From Callorhinchus milii (Eukaryota), in assembly GCF_018977255.1 (NCBI RefSeq), contig NW_024704745.1, positions 55,242,001 to 55,306,000 on the forward strand: a stretch of 64,000 bases of DNA. Direction: 5' to 3'. Position numbers and translations under genes: made by a program. Each line of letters opens with the position of its first letter. The first letter of the stretch is position 1. A model generated the notes under the pieces. It made no database searches and had not been told where the DNA came from. It saw only the letters and a program-made list of their open reading frames with translations. Below are positions 63,068-64,000 of this stretch, one piece after another.

Positions 63068-63295
63068 CCCAACGCACACTCTGTGATCCCCAAACTTGGG
63101 CTCTCTCCAACCTGGACTTAATACTCTCTGGAATTAGTTAAGCAGGGGAGAGAAATTTCACATTCCATTCCAGACCCAGAAATGTCAACGTGTAGTTGCC
63201 ATACATGGAACTATCAGTCTGGTTTGGATATTCTTAAGCGTGGTGATGGATTGCTGCATATGTCAGACACCTGGCTGACGCAAAAAACAAAAAAT
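63068..63295 (+). repeat. Unclassified A-tailed interspersed repeat (longest copy)
   Basis: Aligns in reverse complement with 33153-33376 and 55657-55775. Its 3' end also matches 18785-18830 (+), 6081-6125 (-) and 6524-6570 (-). Confidence 0.7.
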
Positions 63296-63759
63296 ATATC
63301 CATCAAAAACAAAACTCTAATTGAAAAAATGGTTCCTGATCATTCACGACAATGGATTATAAATAATTCAATGGGGTCTCAAAAGGTGCAGTGTGCCACC
63401 ACCAAAGCAACCTATAATGTAAACTATGATTTCTCCATGGAACCCCTGCTTGTGACACAAATGCACTATCTTAGAGTTGAAAGCTCACAAGGCTGCCTGA
63501 CATAAGAAAGGTTTTCATGTAGAAAACAATGTAGAAGTTCTTGCTGAATGATCCAAACAAGTGTGACACAGGCAGAGTTTTTATACCCTCTCCCCATGTG
63601 TTACTCTCCTGTGGCATCAGTGTGAGTCTTGGCGATGAAGCATCATTTATTTTCTCATAGAATAGATCTCTATGGAAGCTCACGCTTGCTGGATATTAAC
63701 ACAATTGCACCCAGTCAGCTAATTTTCATCATGCCATATGGAAATGAAAGTATGGCGAT

Positions 63760-63985
63760 TACTTCCAACCTCATACACCGCCTCTCCGCTTTACTCAATC
63801 TTCACGGATCTCCCCTTGCCTGGTTCGATTCCTATCTCTCTCACTGCCTCCACTTCATTGCCTCTAAAGGTTTCTCCTCCAGCCCCCACACTGTAACATA
63901 TGGTGTCCCCCAGGGCTCTGTCCTTGGCCCTCTCCTCTTTAATATCTGCATGCTCCCCAATGGTGCCATCATCTGGCACCAAGGG
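63760..63985 (+). mobile_element. L2 LINE reverse transcriptase fragment
   Basis: Reads LIHRLS.LLNLHGSPLAWFDSYLS...GVPQGSVLGPLLFNICMLP. Confidence 0.8.
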
Positions 63986-64000
63986 GGAGTCCTGTAGCTC
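63986..64000 (+). mobile_element. Start of another short-family SINE, truncated by the window end, adjoining an L2 RT fragment
   Basis: GGAGTCCTGTAGCTC matches the first 15 nt of the family head exactly. Confidence 0.7.

Noticed and set aside
61502-64000. Expected upstream FAT3 exon
   Set aside because: I found no cadherin-like reading frame with splice sites here; it probably lies beyond the window.

Overview
Vertebrate genomic DNA, most likely a cartilaginous fish. The repeat content (tRNA-headed DeuSINEs, L2 and CR1 LINEs) points to a chondrichthyan, possibly a chimaera; this is an inference. The whole window lies inside one minus-strand gene for a FAT3-type giant atypical cadherin. Thirteen coding exons (140, 276, 211, 4083, 197, 154, 234, 390, 215, 138, 144, 198 and 799 bp) all have GT-AG boundaries and compatible phases. 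They total 7179 bp (2393 codons) and run from the middle cadherin repeats to the start of the Cys-rich/EGF region; start and stop codons lie outside the window. Introns are filled with L2 and CR1 3' fragments, two SINE families sharing an L2-type tail, and a 5'-truncated 4.7-kb CR1 carrying a nested inverted CR1. Older relics include AmnSINE2-like, RTE-like and possibly Harbinger-like pieces, plus one A-tailed repeat family I cannot name. I see no novel multi-gene system. The best leads are: which FAT3-type paralogue this is; RNA-level effects of inverted repeats (long dsRNA, and a possible stop-less 585-nt exon circle); and the unclassified repeat.
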